Positions 29,426 through 38,396 of a DNA stretch of 64,000 nucleotides are shown in pieces. The notes beneath the pieces were generated by a model. That model did not search any database. It had not been told where the DNA came from and saw only the letters and a list, made by a program, of their open reading frames with translations. The stretch is taken from positions 2,080,001 through 2,144,000 of the forward strand of contig CBDCOH010000002.1 in the NCBI GenBank assembly GCA_965219685.1, read 5' to 3'. The stretch is from Candidatus Spongiisociaceae bacterium. GTDB taxonomy: Bacteria > Actinomycetota > Acidimicrobiia > Spongiisociales > Spongiisociaceae. The position numbers and the translations under genes are program-made. The first letter of the stretch is position 1; every line of letters begins with the position of its first letter.

Positions 29426-31181
29426 GCGGGCGAGGTCCTGCGGACGACCGGTCCTCCGGTGAGATCCCGGTGAAGCCGTACACGGTGCGGGCATGCTCCT
29501 CGGTGATCTTCCCCTCCTCCAGATCATGAGCGATCAGGTCGGCGGATCGGTGCATCGGTACGCCTACCCCTCCGCCTCCGGCCGTCACGTGCCGGAGCAC
29601 GTCACCGTGCTTGATGTCCCTGGTGAACTTGGTGGGCAGCAACGTCTCGTCCGGGCGGCCGGGATTGAGGATGTTCAGGGACGGGTGGCCGGGCAGGCCA
29701 TGGTCGAGACCGTACGGGGGATGGTCCCGCCGGTCCGACCGTATCGAGAGGACCCCCCAGTCTCCCAGGAAGCGGAGTTGGCGGGCGATGGAGAGGCATC
29801 CGCGGTTGGCGCCGGGGCCACCGGTGTCGGGCAGGAACGAGTACTCGTCGACGATGATCTCGTAGTCCCGTTCGATCTGCTCGACGGGGACGTTGGCGAG
29901 GTTTGCACCTATCGGGCTGATGGCGTCGACGCCGTCCTGCGTCTGGCGTCCTCCCCAGCCTCCGCAGACGAAGTCGACGAACACATGGGACACGCCGTCG
30001 GGATCGACCGTCCCGATCGAGATCATCGTCGGTCCACCCTCGCCGGCCGCGAAGCAACGCTCGGGGACGGCCTTGTGGAGGGCTCCGATAACCGCGTCGA
30101 TGACCCGGAAGCCTGTGAGCCCGCGCGCGGCGCGGGGCGCCGGCCGCCTCGGGTTGAGGATGCTCCCCTCCGGAACGGTCACGGTGATGGCCCGGTAGAG
30201 CCCGTCGTTGTTGAGGATCTCGGTCTTGGGGGTCACGCACAGGAAGGCTGCGTAGACGGAGGCCCTCGTGAAGGAAGTGGTCGCGTTCAGCGCCGACATC
30301 ACCTGGCCTCCCGTCCCTTCGAAGTCGACGTGCAGGCGATCACCCTTGATGTCGACTGTGGCACTGATCCGGATGGGTCCGGATCCGAAACCGTCATCGT
30401 CGATGTAGTCGTCGAACGAGTAGGTCCCGTCCGGCAGGCGGGCGATCTCCGCCCGGACGATCCCCTCGGTGTATTCGAGGATGTCGTCGAATGTCGCTAG
30501 GAGCACGTCGCGGCCGTGTTCGCCGACGAGTTTGCGCAGGCCCCGCTCGCCCACGTTGATTGAGGACAGCTGCGCCCGGATGTCGCCCATCACGATGGCC
30601 GGAAGCCTGACGTTCTTAGCGATGATCGAGGACAGGGTCTGGTTCTCGACCCCTGCCTCGTAGAGCTTGAGGATCGGGATCTGGAGGCCCTCCGCGTATA
30701 TCTCACGGGAGTCGACGGCGTTGCTCCCCGCCACGCGTCCTCCCATGTCCGCATGGTGAGCGATGCAGCCCACCCAACCCAGTATCTCCCCCTCCACGAA
30801 CACCGCCTTGAACATGAAGATGTCGGGCAGGTGCATGCCGCCTTCGTCGGGATCGTTGAGGACGAAGACGTCGCCGTCCGAGATGGAGCCGGCGTGACGC
30901 TCCATGATCTGGCTCAACGCGTCCGGCATCGCTCCGAGGTGCAGCGGGATGGCCAGACCCTGGGCCACGACCCGGCCGTGAGGGTCGAACACGGCGGTGG
31001 AGAAGTCCAGGCTGTCCCGCACTACTTGAGAGTGGGCCGTTCTCACGACCACCACCGCCATCTCGTTGGCCAGCGACGTGAGGCCGTTGCTGATGACCTC
31101 CCGGGTGATCGGGTCCACCTCGACGCTCCCGGCGGTCTCGGTCGCTCCGGTCCGTTCGCCTACCGTCACCATCCGCCTCAC
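29418..31181 (-). CDS. Hydantoinase B / 5-oxoprolinase subunit
   Basis: DPITREVI, RTAHS..VRDSLDFS, HLGAM, NDPDEGGMHLPD, HHADMGG, EGLQIP, DTGGPG..RG and AGGGGVG. Confidence 0.93.
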   Translation of the reverse strand: MRRMVTVGERTGATETAGSVEVDPITREVISNGLTSLANEMAVVVVRTAHSQVVRDSLDFSTAVFDPHGRVVAQGLAIPLHLGAMPDALSQIMERHAGSISDGDVFVLNDPDEGGMHLPDIFMFKAVFVEGEILGWVGCIAHHADMGGRVAGSNAVDSREIYAEGLQIPILKLYEAGVENQTLSSIIAKNVRLPAIVMGDIRAQLSSINVGERGLRKLVGEHGRDVLLATFDDILEYTEGIVRAEIARLPDGTYSFDDYIDDDGFGSGPIRISATVDIKGDRLHVDFEGTGGQVMSALNATTSFTRASVYAAFLCVTPKTEILNNDGLYRAITVTVPEGSILNPRRPAPRAARGLTGFRVIDAVIGALHKAVPERCFAAGEGGPTMISIGTVDPDGVSHVFVDFVCGGWGGRQTQDGVDAISPIGANLANVPVEQIERDYEIIVDEYSFLPDTGGPGANRGCLSIARQLRFLGDWGVLSIRSDRRDHPPYGLDHGLPGHPSLNILNPGRPDETLLPTKFTRDIKHGDVLRHVTAGGGGVGVPMHRSADLIAHDLEEGKITEEHARTVYGFTGISPEDRSSAGPRPHA

Positions 31182-33268
31182 CTCCCCGCTCGTATGACGA
31201 GGTTGCCCACTTCGTCGCGCCTGACCGCGAAGCGCGGCGGCACCACCGTGGTGGCATCCATGTCCTCCACGATCATCGGTCCGTCTACTTCGTCCACCGG
31301 GACGGAAGGGCGCGACACGACAGGGGTGGGCAGGACACCGTCTCGCTTGCCGAAGAAGGCGAGGCGGCTTCCGCCGGTCGTGCCGTCACCATCGGCTTGC
31401 ATGGAGAAGATGTGGTCGGCTTTGGGTGTGCGCACCGTTGCCCGCAACCTCACGCTGATCAGCTGCACGGGCTCGGCCGGGGTCGAATGCCCGTAGGTGA
31501 GCTCGTGGGCCAGGTGGAAATCCTGGCCGGCGTTGTGAATGTCGCCCTCATCGAGGACCCGGTCTCCGGGTACGGGGACCGAGAGTTCATGGGCCTGTCC
31601 CCGGTAGCGCTGGTCCACGAACCGCTCCAGGCTGAGATCGGTGAGCGGCAGCCCGGCGTTCACGACGAATCCCCTCGCCCGCTCCTCCAGTTGCTCGAAC
31701 AGGAGGGAAACGACCTCACTGTCCGGATCGTTGGGAAGCTCGTAGCTGGCCACGTAGTCGTGTCTCAGGTCCGCCACCTGCAGTCCGATGGCGCAGAACA
31801 GGCCGGGACTGGCCGGAACCACGACCCGTTCGACCTCGAAGTGCCGCGCGATCAGAGCCGCGTGCATGGGACCAGCCCCTCCGAAGGCGACCAGCATGAA
31901 GTTGCGCGGATCCCTTCCCCGCTCGACCGACACACCCCGGATCGCCTGGCTCATGTTGGTGTTGGCCAGCCGGTGGATGCCGTAGGCGGCCTCTAGCCGC
32001 GACATGCCAAGATGTGCCGCTACCTGCGTGTCTACCGCTCTCTCGGCGGCTGCCCGGTCGAGCTTCTGGCTGCCTCCGGCTATCGAGTGGGGGTTGAGGT
32101 AGCCGAGGACGAGGTTGGCGTCGGTCACGGTCACCTTGGTGCCTCCTGCGCCGTAGCAGACGGGGCCCGGTACGGCTCCGGCGCTTTGCGGGCCCACATG
32201 CGGTGCACCGCCCTGGTCGATCCAGAAGATGCTCCCACCACCGGCGCCGACCTCGGCGATGTCGAGTGAAGGGATCCTGACCGTGAACCCACCCCCCTGG
32301 ATGAACAGGCGGCTCTGGTTCATCCCGCCGCCGACCTCGTGCTCGGCGGCCTCGAAGGCCTGCCCGTTCTCGATCAGGGAAGCCTTGGCGGTGGTGCCTC
32401 CCATGTCGAAGGCGATCACGTCGGGCTCCCCGAGATCGGCGGCCAGGGAGCGGGCCGCGATCACCCCCGCTGCCGGACCCGACTCGATCAGCCGTACGGG
32501 CTGGTCCCGCGCGGTTCGGGAACCGAACAGAGACCCGTTCGACTGCATCACCTGCACCTCGCAGTCGAACCCGATCCCCGACAGGCCCTTCTCGAGGCTC
32601 CGGAGATACCGCCCGACGGTCGGCCGGATGTAGGAGTTCACCACCGTCGTGCTGGTCCGCTCGTACTCCTTGAGCTCGGGGAGCAACTCGTACGAGGCCG
32701 TTATGGGCACGGCGGGAAGGAGCTTCCGGAGGGATCGGGCGACAGCATGCTCGTTGACAGGGTTCCGGTAGGAGTGGAGGAAACAGATCGCCACCGCTTC
32801 CACATCGTTCGCAGCGAGTTCTTCCGCCAGTGCCTCGACCTCGCTCCCCTGCGGTCGGCGTACCACCTGCCCTTCGGCGTCCATCCGCTCATCGATCTCG
32901 AACCGCAGGTTCCTCGGAGCGAGAGGGGGCGGTTTCTCGAAGCCGGTGTCGAATAGGGCGGGCCGGCGCATGCGGGCGATCTCGAGGACATCCCGGAACC
33001 CCTTCGTCGTGACCAGGGCGGTCCGTGCTCCGCGACGCTCCAGCAGGGCGTTGGTCGCCACAGTGGTGCCGTGAGCGAGCCGGGTGACTCCCTCTCGATC
33101 CAGGTGGTTGCCGAACAGTTCGTCCAAGCCTCGGAGGATGGCCTGCTCGAAGTCGGGCGGCGTGGACGAGATCTTGAGTCGACCGCCGGCTCCGTCGTCT
33201 CCTTGCAGGACGATGTCCGTGAAGGTCCCGCCGATGTCGACAGCCAGTACGTACCGACCCTGGGCCAT
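31178..33268 (-). CDS. Hydantoinase A / 5-oxoprolinase ATP-binding subunit
   Basis: VDIGGTFTD, HGTTVATNALL, EYERTSTT, ESGPAAG, DMGGTT, GAGGGS, SAGAVPGPVCYG and FGGAG. Confidence 0.94.
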   Translation of the reverse strand: MAQGRYVLAVDIGGTFTDIVLQGDDGAGGRLKISSTPPDFEQAILRGLDELFGNHLDREGVTRLAHGTTVATNALLERRGARTALVTTKGFRDVLEIARMRRPALFDTGFEKPPPLAPRNLRFEIDERMDAEGQVVRRPQGSEVEALAEELAANDVEAVAICFLHSYRNPVNEHAVARSLRKLLPAVPITASYELLPELKEYERTSTTVVNSYIRPTVGRYLRSLEKGLSGIGFDCEVQVMQSNGSLFGSRTARDQPVRLIESGPAAGVIAARSLAADLGEPDVIAFDMGGTTAKASLIENGQAFEAAEHEVGGGMNQSRLFIQGGGFTVRIPSLDIAEVGAGGGSIFWIDQGGAPHVGPQSAGAVPGPVCYGAGGTKVTVTDANLVLGYLNPHSIAGGSQKLDRAAAERAVDTQVAAHLGMSRLEAAYGIHRLANTNMSQAIRGVSVERGRDPRNFMLVAFGGAGPMHAALIARHFEVERVVVPASPGLFCAIGLQVADLRHDYVASYELPNDPDSEVVSLLFEQLEERARGFVVNAGLPLTDLSLERFVDQRYRGQAHELSVPVPGDRVLDEGDIHNAGQDFHLAHELTYGHSTPAEPVQLISVRLRATVRTPKADHIFSMQADGDGTTGGSRLAFFGKRDGVLPTPVVSRPSVPVDEVDGPMIVEDMDATTVVPPRFAVRRDEVGNLVIRAGR

Positions 33269-33454
33269 GCCGCTCCATTCGGTCTATGCCGCTTCCGCTG
33301 GTCATGCTACTAATCACCAGCTGAGGTGAGCCGCGAGAGTATGGTTGCGTGCAATCCCGGGACCGGGCGGTAGGGCAACCTGTGCAGAGCCTCACCTGTG
33401 GGCGCGGAAAGGGGGTGCTAGCCTCCGTTCTGGGCTCAGAACTGGGGAAACACC

Positions 33455-34300
33455 GTCGAACACCTTCAGATATCGGTCTGCCAGGCGGACAGCGACATCG
33501 ACGAACGCGATCCGGCCGGATCCGTTCGTCGCAACTTCCTTAGGATGCGCGACGCCCTGTCCGAAGCCGCCGCAGAAGGCAGCCGGCTCGTCATCTTCGG
33601 CGAGGGGTACCTGAACGGTTACCAATCCGGCGCGCTGCTCCCCCAGATCGCTCTCAGGCTCGACGGCGACCAAGAGGACCTACACGACCTGGCCGCCACG
33701 GTCGACGAGACCGGCGTCTCGCTGGTCTTCGGAGCTACCACCTCGCGGGGTTCATATCCCGGATCGCTGTACAACTCGGCGATCATCCTTCGCCCGGGCG
33801 CACAACCCATCGTGGTCGACAAGACCCACCTGTCCGAGTTCCGGTACAAGGGGCAACCGGTCGTCGCCGAGCGGATGGACTGGGCCGTCGGGGACCAACT
33901 CGGCCCGGTCTTCGACATCGACGGATTCAAGATAGGGGTCGAGATCTGCCACGACATCGTCTTCCCCGAAGTGGCGAGATCCCACTGCATGCGGGGCGCC
34001 GAGGTCATGATCAACGTCTCGGCCGCGGTCGGGGGTTTCGACTGGTTCTGGAACGCCATCCCCGCCACCAGGGCATTCGAGAACTGCGTCTGGTTCGTGC
34101 ATGTCACGGTCGTGTCGGACAAGGGTCAGCCTCCCCTGCTCGGACACAGCCGAGTGATCAGCCCGGTCGGAGCCGTGGTCTGCGAGGCGCCGGACGGGGT
34201 CGAGACCACCCTGACCTACACGCTCGACCGTACGTCGGTCTGGCGCGCCAGAGCGTCGCTCAAACCGTTCACGGAGCGGCGGCCGGACATCTACGAGTGA
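33455..34300 (+). CDS. Carbon-nitrogen hydrolase (nitrilase superfamily); true start uncertain
   Basis: Triad motifs IFGE, DKTHL and EICHD, plus RAFEN and GHSRVISP.G. The in-frame strand LQISVCQ lies upstream of the first ATG (33545). Confidence 0.85.
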   Translation, partial: VEHLQISVCQADSDIDERDPAGSVRRNFLRMRDALSEAAAEGSRLVIFGEGYLNGYQSGALLPQIALRLDGDQEDLHDLAATVDETGVSLVFGATTSRGSYPGSLYNSAIILRPGAQPIVVDKTHLSEFRYKGQPVVAERMDWAVGDQLGPVFDIDGFKIGVEICHDIVFPEVARSHCMRGAEVMINVSAAVGGFDWFWNAIPATRAFENCVWFVHVTVVSDKGQPPLLGHSRVISPVGAVVCEAPDGVETTLTYTLDRTSVWRARASLKPFTERRPDIYE

Positions 34301-34390
34301 TCCGGCCTGTAGACCCGCTTACCTGACCGCGACCGATCCCCTCTCAGACTCCGCGAGAAACTATGCCAGGTCGCGAAAACCGACGCTAAG

Positions 34391-34585
34391 TCGCGAAAAA
34401 CGCCAGCGCCTGGCTGTCCGTCGGGCCCGCCCCCGCCACCACCTGTCCTGGGTTGAAGCGCGTTGGGTCCCGCCCGCCCCGAGCGGTGAACACGCTTGAT
34501 TCATGATCCGTCGAGCAGCCGGATGACGTCCGGTCCGGCTTCGCCGGGTGTTTGGCATATCCGACTATGCAGCGGGGGTGTGACA
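34391..34585 (-). repeat. Dispersed ~195 bp repeat, copy 3
   Basis: Minus strand begins TGTCAC-ACCCCCGCTG-CATAGT and ends with the hairpin GCCAG-GCG-CTGGC followed by GTTTTTCGCGA. Colinear with 2432-2621. Confidence 0.75.
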
Positions 34586-34599
34586 AACGGTCCTTTCGG

Positions 34600-35403
34600 T
34601 CACCGGTGGCGCCTTCTCGGCACACTCGCGAGAAGGGTCCGGGTGTATTCGTGAGCGGGTTTGCGGAACACCTGCTCGGCCTCGCCTATCTCCACGATCT
34701 GCCCGCTCTGCATCACGGCGATCCGGTCGCTCATCGTGTAGACGATGGACAGATCGTGGGAGATGAACAGGTACGACAGGCCCAACTCGTCCTGCAGGTC
34801 CTTGAGCAGGTTGATGATCTGTGCCTGGACCGACACGTCCACCGAGGAGGTGGGTTCGTCGCAGACGACCAGTTTGGGGTTCAGGGCCAGGGCGCGGGCG
34901 ATGGCGACTCTCTGCCGCTGGCCGCCGGAGAACTCGCCGGGCGATCTGTGGGCGACATCGGAAGGCATACCCACGAGGTCCAGCAGTTCGAGGACCCGTT
35001 CCCGCCTTGCTTGCCGGTCACCCACCCGGTGCACCACGAGCGGCTCGGCGATGATCGAGGCGATGCTCATGCGGGGATCGAGCGACGAGTAGGGATCCTG
35101 GAACACGATCTGCATGTCTCTTCTCGCCTGCTTCAACTCGGACCGCCCGCAGTTCACCAGGTCGACCCCCATGAACGTGATCGAGCCTGCGGTCGGTGGC
35201 ACCAGTTGCAGGACGCAGTAGGCCGTGGTGGACTTTCCGGACCCCGACTCCCCCACCAACCCCAGGGTCTCGCCGCCGGCCAGCGAGAAACTCACGTTGT
35301 CGACGGCCCTCACCAAACCGCGGCTTCCGTCCGTTCCCCGCCGCATGGCGCGGGACGCCGAAAAGACCTTCGAGAGACCCTCCACGGCCAGAATGCCGGT
35401 CAT
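34600..35403 (-). CDS. Peptide ABC transporter ATP-binding protein (OppF/DppF-like)
   Basis: GESGSGKS, FQDPYSSLDPR, FSGGQRQR and CDEPTS. ATGA overlap with the upstream gene. Confidence 0.92.
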   Translation of the reverse strand: MTGILAVEGLSKVFSASRAMRRGTDGSRGLVRAVDNVSFSLAGGETLGLVGESGSGKSTTAYCVLQLVPPTAGSITFMGVDLVNCGRSELKQARRDMQIVFQDPYSSLDPRMSIASIIAEPLVVHRVGDRQARRERVLELLDLVGMPSDVAHRSPGEFSGGQRQRVAIARALALNPKLVVCDEPTSSVDVSVQAQIINLLKDLQDELGLSYLFISHDLSIVYTMSDRIAVMQSGQIVEIGEAEQVFRKPAHEYTRTLLASVPRRRHR

Positions 35404-36401
35404 GCCGGCGCCCGTTCGCCGGCCGGGTGGGCGCTCCGGACCCAATGGTCGGGCCTGATCTCTCTCAGAGCAGGCATGGTGGACGAGCAGGCGTCGTCGG
35501 GGGTCGCGTACCGGCAGCGCTCGGCGAACCGGCAGGTGGAGGGCAGGGACACCGCATTCGGAGGCGCCCCCGGAATCGCCGTGAGGCGCTGGTTGCGGAC
35601 CACCGGATGGCGCCTGTCGATCGACGGAATGGACCCCAGGAGTCCCTCGGTATAGGGATGCTCCGGCCTGGCGAACAACTCCCGGGCAGGCGCGTACTCG
35701 ACGATCTGTCCCGCGTACATCACCGCGACGGTGTCCGCCACGTTCGAGACCACGTTGAGATCGTGGCTGACCAGGATCAGCGCCATAGCGTGCTCGGATC
35801 GGAGGTTCTTCAACAGGGCGAGTATCTCCGCTTCGACAGTGACGTCCAGGGCGGTGGTCGGCTCGTCGGCGATGAGCAGTTTCGGTCGGCATGCCGTAGC
35901 GGCGGCGATCAGGGCTCGCTGCCGCATCCCGCCGGAGAACTCGTGCGGATAGGAGTTCACCCGCTGCGAGGCGTCGGGAATGCGGACCTCCTCCAGAAGT
36001 TCCACGGCCCTCGCGTTCGCCTCCGCCCTGGACATCCCCAGATGGCGGCGGAGCGGTTCGGCCACCTGGTTTCCCACCCTGAGCACGGGATTCAATGAAC
36101 TCATCGGGTCCTGGAAGACCATGCCGATGTGACGACCCCTGATCGAGGTCAGGCGGCTCTCGGATGCGGCCAGCATGTCCTCGCCCAGGAACCGGACCTT
36201 ACCGGACCGGCGGTGGACGAGCCGTTGGGGGAACAGGCCGACAATGGACCTCGCCGTGACCGACTTCCCGCTGCCGGACTCACCGACTATCGCCAGCGTC
36301 TCGCGCTCCTCGACACTGAAACTGACATCGTCGACGGCATGCACCAGCCCGCGTCGGGTCCTCAGATGGACGCTGAGGCGGTCGACTTCGAGGATGGACA
36401 T
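35400..36401 (-). CDS. Peptide ABC transporter ATP-binding protein (OppD/DppD-like)
   Basis: GESGSGKS, FQDPMSSLNP, YPHEFSGGMRQR, DEPTTALDV, HPYT and a C-terminal Cys motif. Confidence 0.93.
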   Translation of the reverse strand: MSILEVDRLSVHLRTRRGLVHAVDDVSFSVEERETLAIVGESGSGKSVTARSIVGLFPQRLVHRRSGKVRFLGEDMLAASESRLTSIRGRHIGMVFQDPMSSLNPVLRVGNQVAEPLRRHLGMSRAEANARAVELLEEVRIPDASQRVNSYPHEFSGGMRQRALIAAATACRPKLLIADEPTTALDVTVEAEILALLKNLRSEHAMALILVSHDLNVVSNVADTVAVMYAGQIVEYAPARELFARPEHPYTEGLLGSIPSIDRRHPVVRNQRLTAIPGAPPNAVSLPSTCRFAERCRYATPDDACSSTMPALREIRPDHWVRSAHPAGERAPA

Positions 36402-36405
36402 CCGC

Positions 36406-37236
36406 CTATCCCCGCCTCGACAGCATGCGTTGGACCCAGTCACCGACGAGGACGAATCCGAGACCCACGATGAAGATGGCCAGACCTGGCAGGGTCGAGA
36501 CATGAGGTGCCGTAGCGAGTATGACCCGGCCCTCGTTGACCATCCGGCCCCAGTCGGCCGTGGGAGGCTGGACACCAAGACCGACGAAGCTCAGTCCCGC
36601 CCCGAACACAACCATGATCCCGACCAGCGGGAATGCGTACGCAAGAGTGGGTCCGAGGGCGTTCGGCACGATGTGGCGAACCAGGATGAACCAGCGCGGC
36701 GCTCCAAGGGATCGGGCCGCCCTCACGTAGTCGCGTTCCTTGAGCGACTGCACCGTGCCCCGCGAAACCCGCGCTATGGGAGCGATCAGGACGGCTGTCA
36801 TGGCGATGACGAGGTTGCGCAGACCCGGTCCCAGCGCCGCCGCCACCGCTATGCCCATCAGAACAGGTGGAATGGCGATGAAGATGTCCACCACCCGCAT
36901 CGTGATCGTGTCCCCCACCGTTCCACCGAACCCGCTGATGATCCCCAGGACGTAGCCGACCAGGGTCGCGACCAGCACGGGTAGTACGCCCTGGACCAAC
37001 CCTGGGCGTGCTCCCCATATCAACCGGCTCCACAGATCACGGCCCAGTTCATCCGTGCCTAGGAAGTGGCCGGTCGTCCCAGGCGGCTGGAAAGAGTTCA
37101 CGATGTCGCCCTGGTTCGGATCGTAGGGTGCCAGCAGAGGCGCGGCGAGCGCGAACGCCAAGGCCACGAGCACAAGGGCGATGCCGACCAGATCCGCCGG
37201 TCGCAGGGCGCCGCGCAGGCGAGTTGCTACCTCCAT
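36406..37236 (-). CDS. Peptide ABC transporter permease (OppC/DppC-like)
   Basis: HFLGTDELGRD, EAA-like YVRAARSLGA, HIVPN and LSFVGLGVQPP..DWG. Confidence 0.92.
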   Translation of the reverse strand: MEVATRLRGALRPADLVGIALVLVALAFALAAPLLAPYDPNQGDIVNSFQPPGTTGHFLGTDELGRDLWSRLIWGARPGLVQGVLPVLVATLVGYVLGIISGFGGTVGDTITMRVVDIFIAIPPVLMGIAVAAALGPGLRNLVIAMTAVLIAPIARVSRGTVQSLKERDYVRAARSLGAPRWFILVRHIVPNALGPTLAYAFPLVGIMVVFGAGLSFVGLGVQPPTADWGRMVNEGRVILATAPHVSTLPGLAIFIVGLGFVLVGDWVQRMLSRRG

Positions 37237-38204
37237 GCCTCGACCGCTGACTCTCGTCCGAGACCCGCACGCGGATCGACATACCGATGTATCGCATCCA
37301 CGACCAGGTTGATGATCACGGTCGCCAGCGCGGCCAGAAGTACGACACCCTGGATCATCGGGAAGTCCCGGGACGACACCGCGTGGATGGTCTGCAACCC
37401 GATCCCCGGCCAGTTGAACACCACCTCGGCGAACACGATGGTTCCTCCGATCATGTAGGCGAACTGCAGGCCCACCTGGTGGATGACCATCGGCAGGACC
37501 GGCTTGATGATGTGGCGCGCAAGGAGCCTGGGAGCCCGGTTCCCCCGTCCCTTGGCGGCCCAGACGAAGTCCTCGTCGAGCACCTCGCGAACCGCGCTCC
37601 TGGAGGTGCGAGCGATGATGGCGGCCGGGATCGCGGCGGTCGTCAGCACCGGTAGGACGAGGTGGCGAAGCGTCTCCAAGAGCGTCGGGTCCCGACCGAT
37701 CGGTCCCATCCCGGCCGCCGGGAGCCACCCGAGCTCCAGGGAGAAGATCCAGACCAGGATCAAACCCAGCCAGAAGATCGGCATCGTGCCGGCGAACACC
37801 ACCAGCACCTGGAGGGTACGGTCGAGGATCCCGTCGGTCCGCAACGCCGCCAGGGCGCCGGCCACCAACCCCACCACCAGGGCCAGCAGGAAGCTCGGAA
37901 CGCCGAGGCGCAGCGTGTTGGCGAACCGTTCGAACAGGACGTCCGTCACCGGTGTGCGCAGTTGGATCGACGTGCCCAGATCCCCGGTCACGGTACGACC
38001 CAGCCAGCGGCCGTACTGGACCGGTACCGGTTGGTCCAATGCCAGGGCGGAGCGCATGGTGGCCCGGTCCTCCTCGCTCGCATAGGGACCGAGCAGCACG
38101 TTCACGGGATCGCCGGGGGCCATATGGACGAGCCCGAAAGAGAACATGGACGCACCGACCAGGACCGGCACTATGACCGCAATGCGAAGGGTCAGGAACC
38201 GCAC
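37227..38204 (-). CDS. Peptide ABC transporter permease (OppB/DppB-like)
   Basis: APGDP, LDQPVPVQY, GDLGTS, HLVLP, EVVFNWPGIG and RDFPMIQG. Confidence 0.92.
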   Translation of the reverse strand: MRFLTLRIAVIVPVLVGASMFSFGLVHMAPGDPVNVLLGPYASEEDRATMRSALALDQPVPVQYGRWLGRTVTGDLGTSIQLRTPVTDVLFERFANTLRLGVPSFLLALVVGLVAGALAALRTDGILDRTLQVLVVFAGTMPIFWLGLILVWIFSLELGWLPAAGMGPIGRDPTLLETLRHLVLPVLTTAAIPAAIIARTSRSAVREVLDEDFVWAAKGRGNRAPRLLARHIIKPVLPMVIHQVGLQFAYMIGGTIVFAEVVFNWPGIGLQTIHAVSSRDFPMIQGVVLLAALATVIINLVVDAIHRYVDPRAGLGRESAVEAWR

Positions 38205-38329
38205 ACGAACCTACGCTCCCCTCGATCCCGCCGGTCGCCCGGCGTGCAATCCACCGACCTCATCGGTCCGTACGACCAAGACCGACCGCCTCCGGTTGCA
38301 ACCGGCGAGGCGCCAGACCACCGGGGGCC

Positions 38330-38380
38330 GGTCCCGGTCGTCAGCCGCTCGGCGATCCGCTTGCAGCCGACGACCGGACC
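38330..38380 (-). terminator. Intercistronic stem-loop after the substrate-binding protein gene
   Basis: Inverted repeat GGTC(C)CGGTCGTC...GACGACCGGACC. Such hairpins commonly stabilise SBP mRNA. Confidence 0.45.
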
Positions 38381-38396
38381 GTGTGGACCCCGGGTA

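Noticed and set aside
34361-34558. 65 aa leaderless ORF inside repeat copy 3
   Set aside because: The start codon and frame are not conserved in the other copies, so it is treated as non-coding unless proteomics says otherwise.
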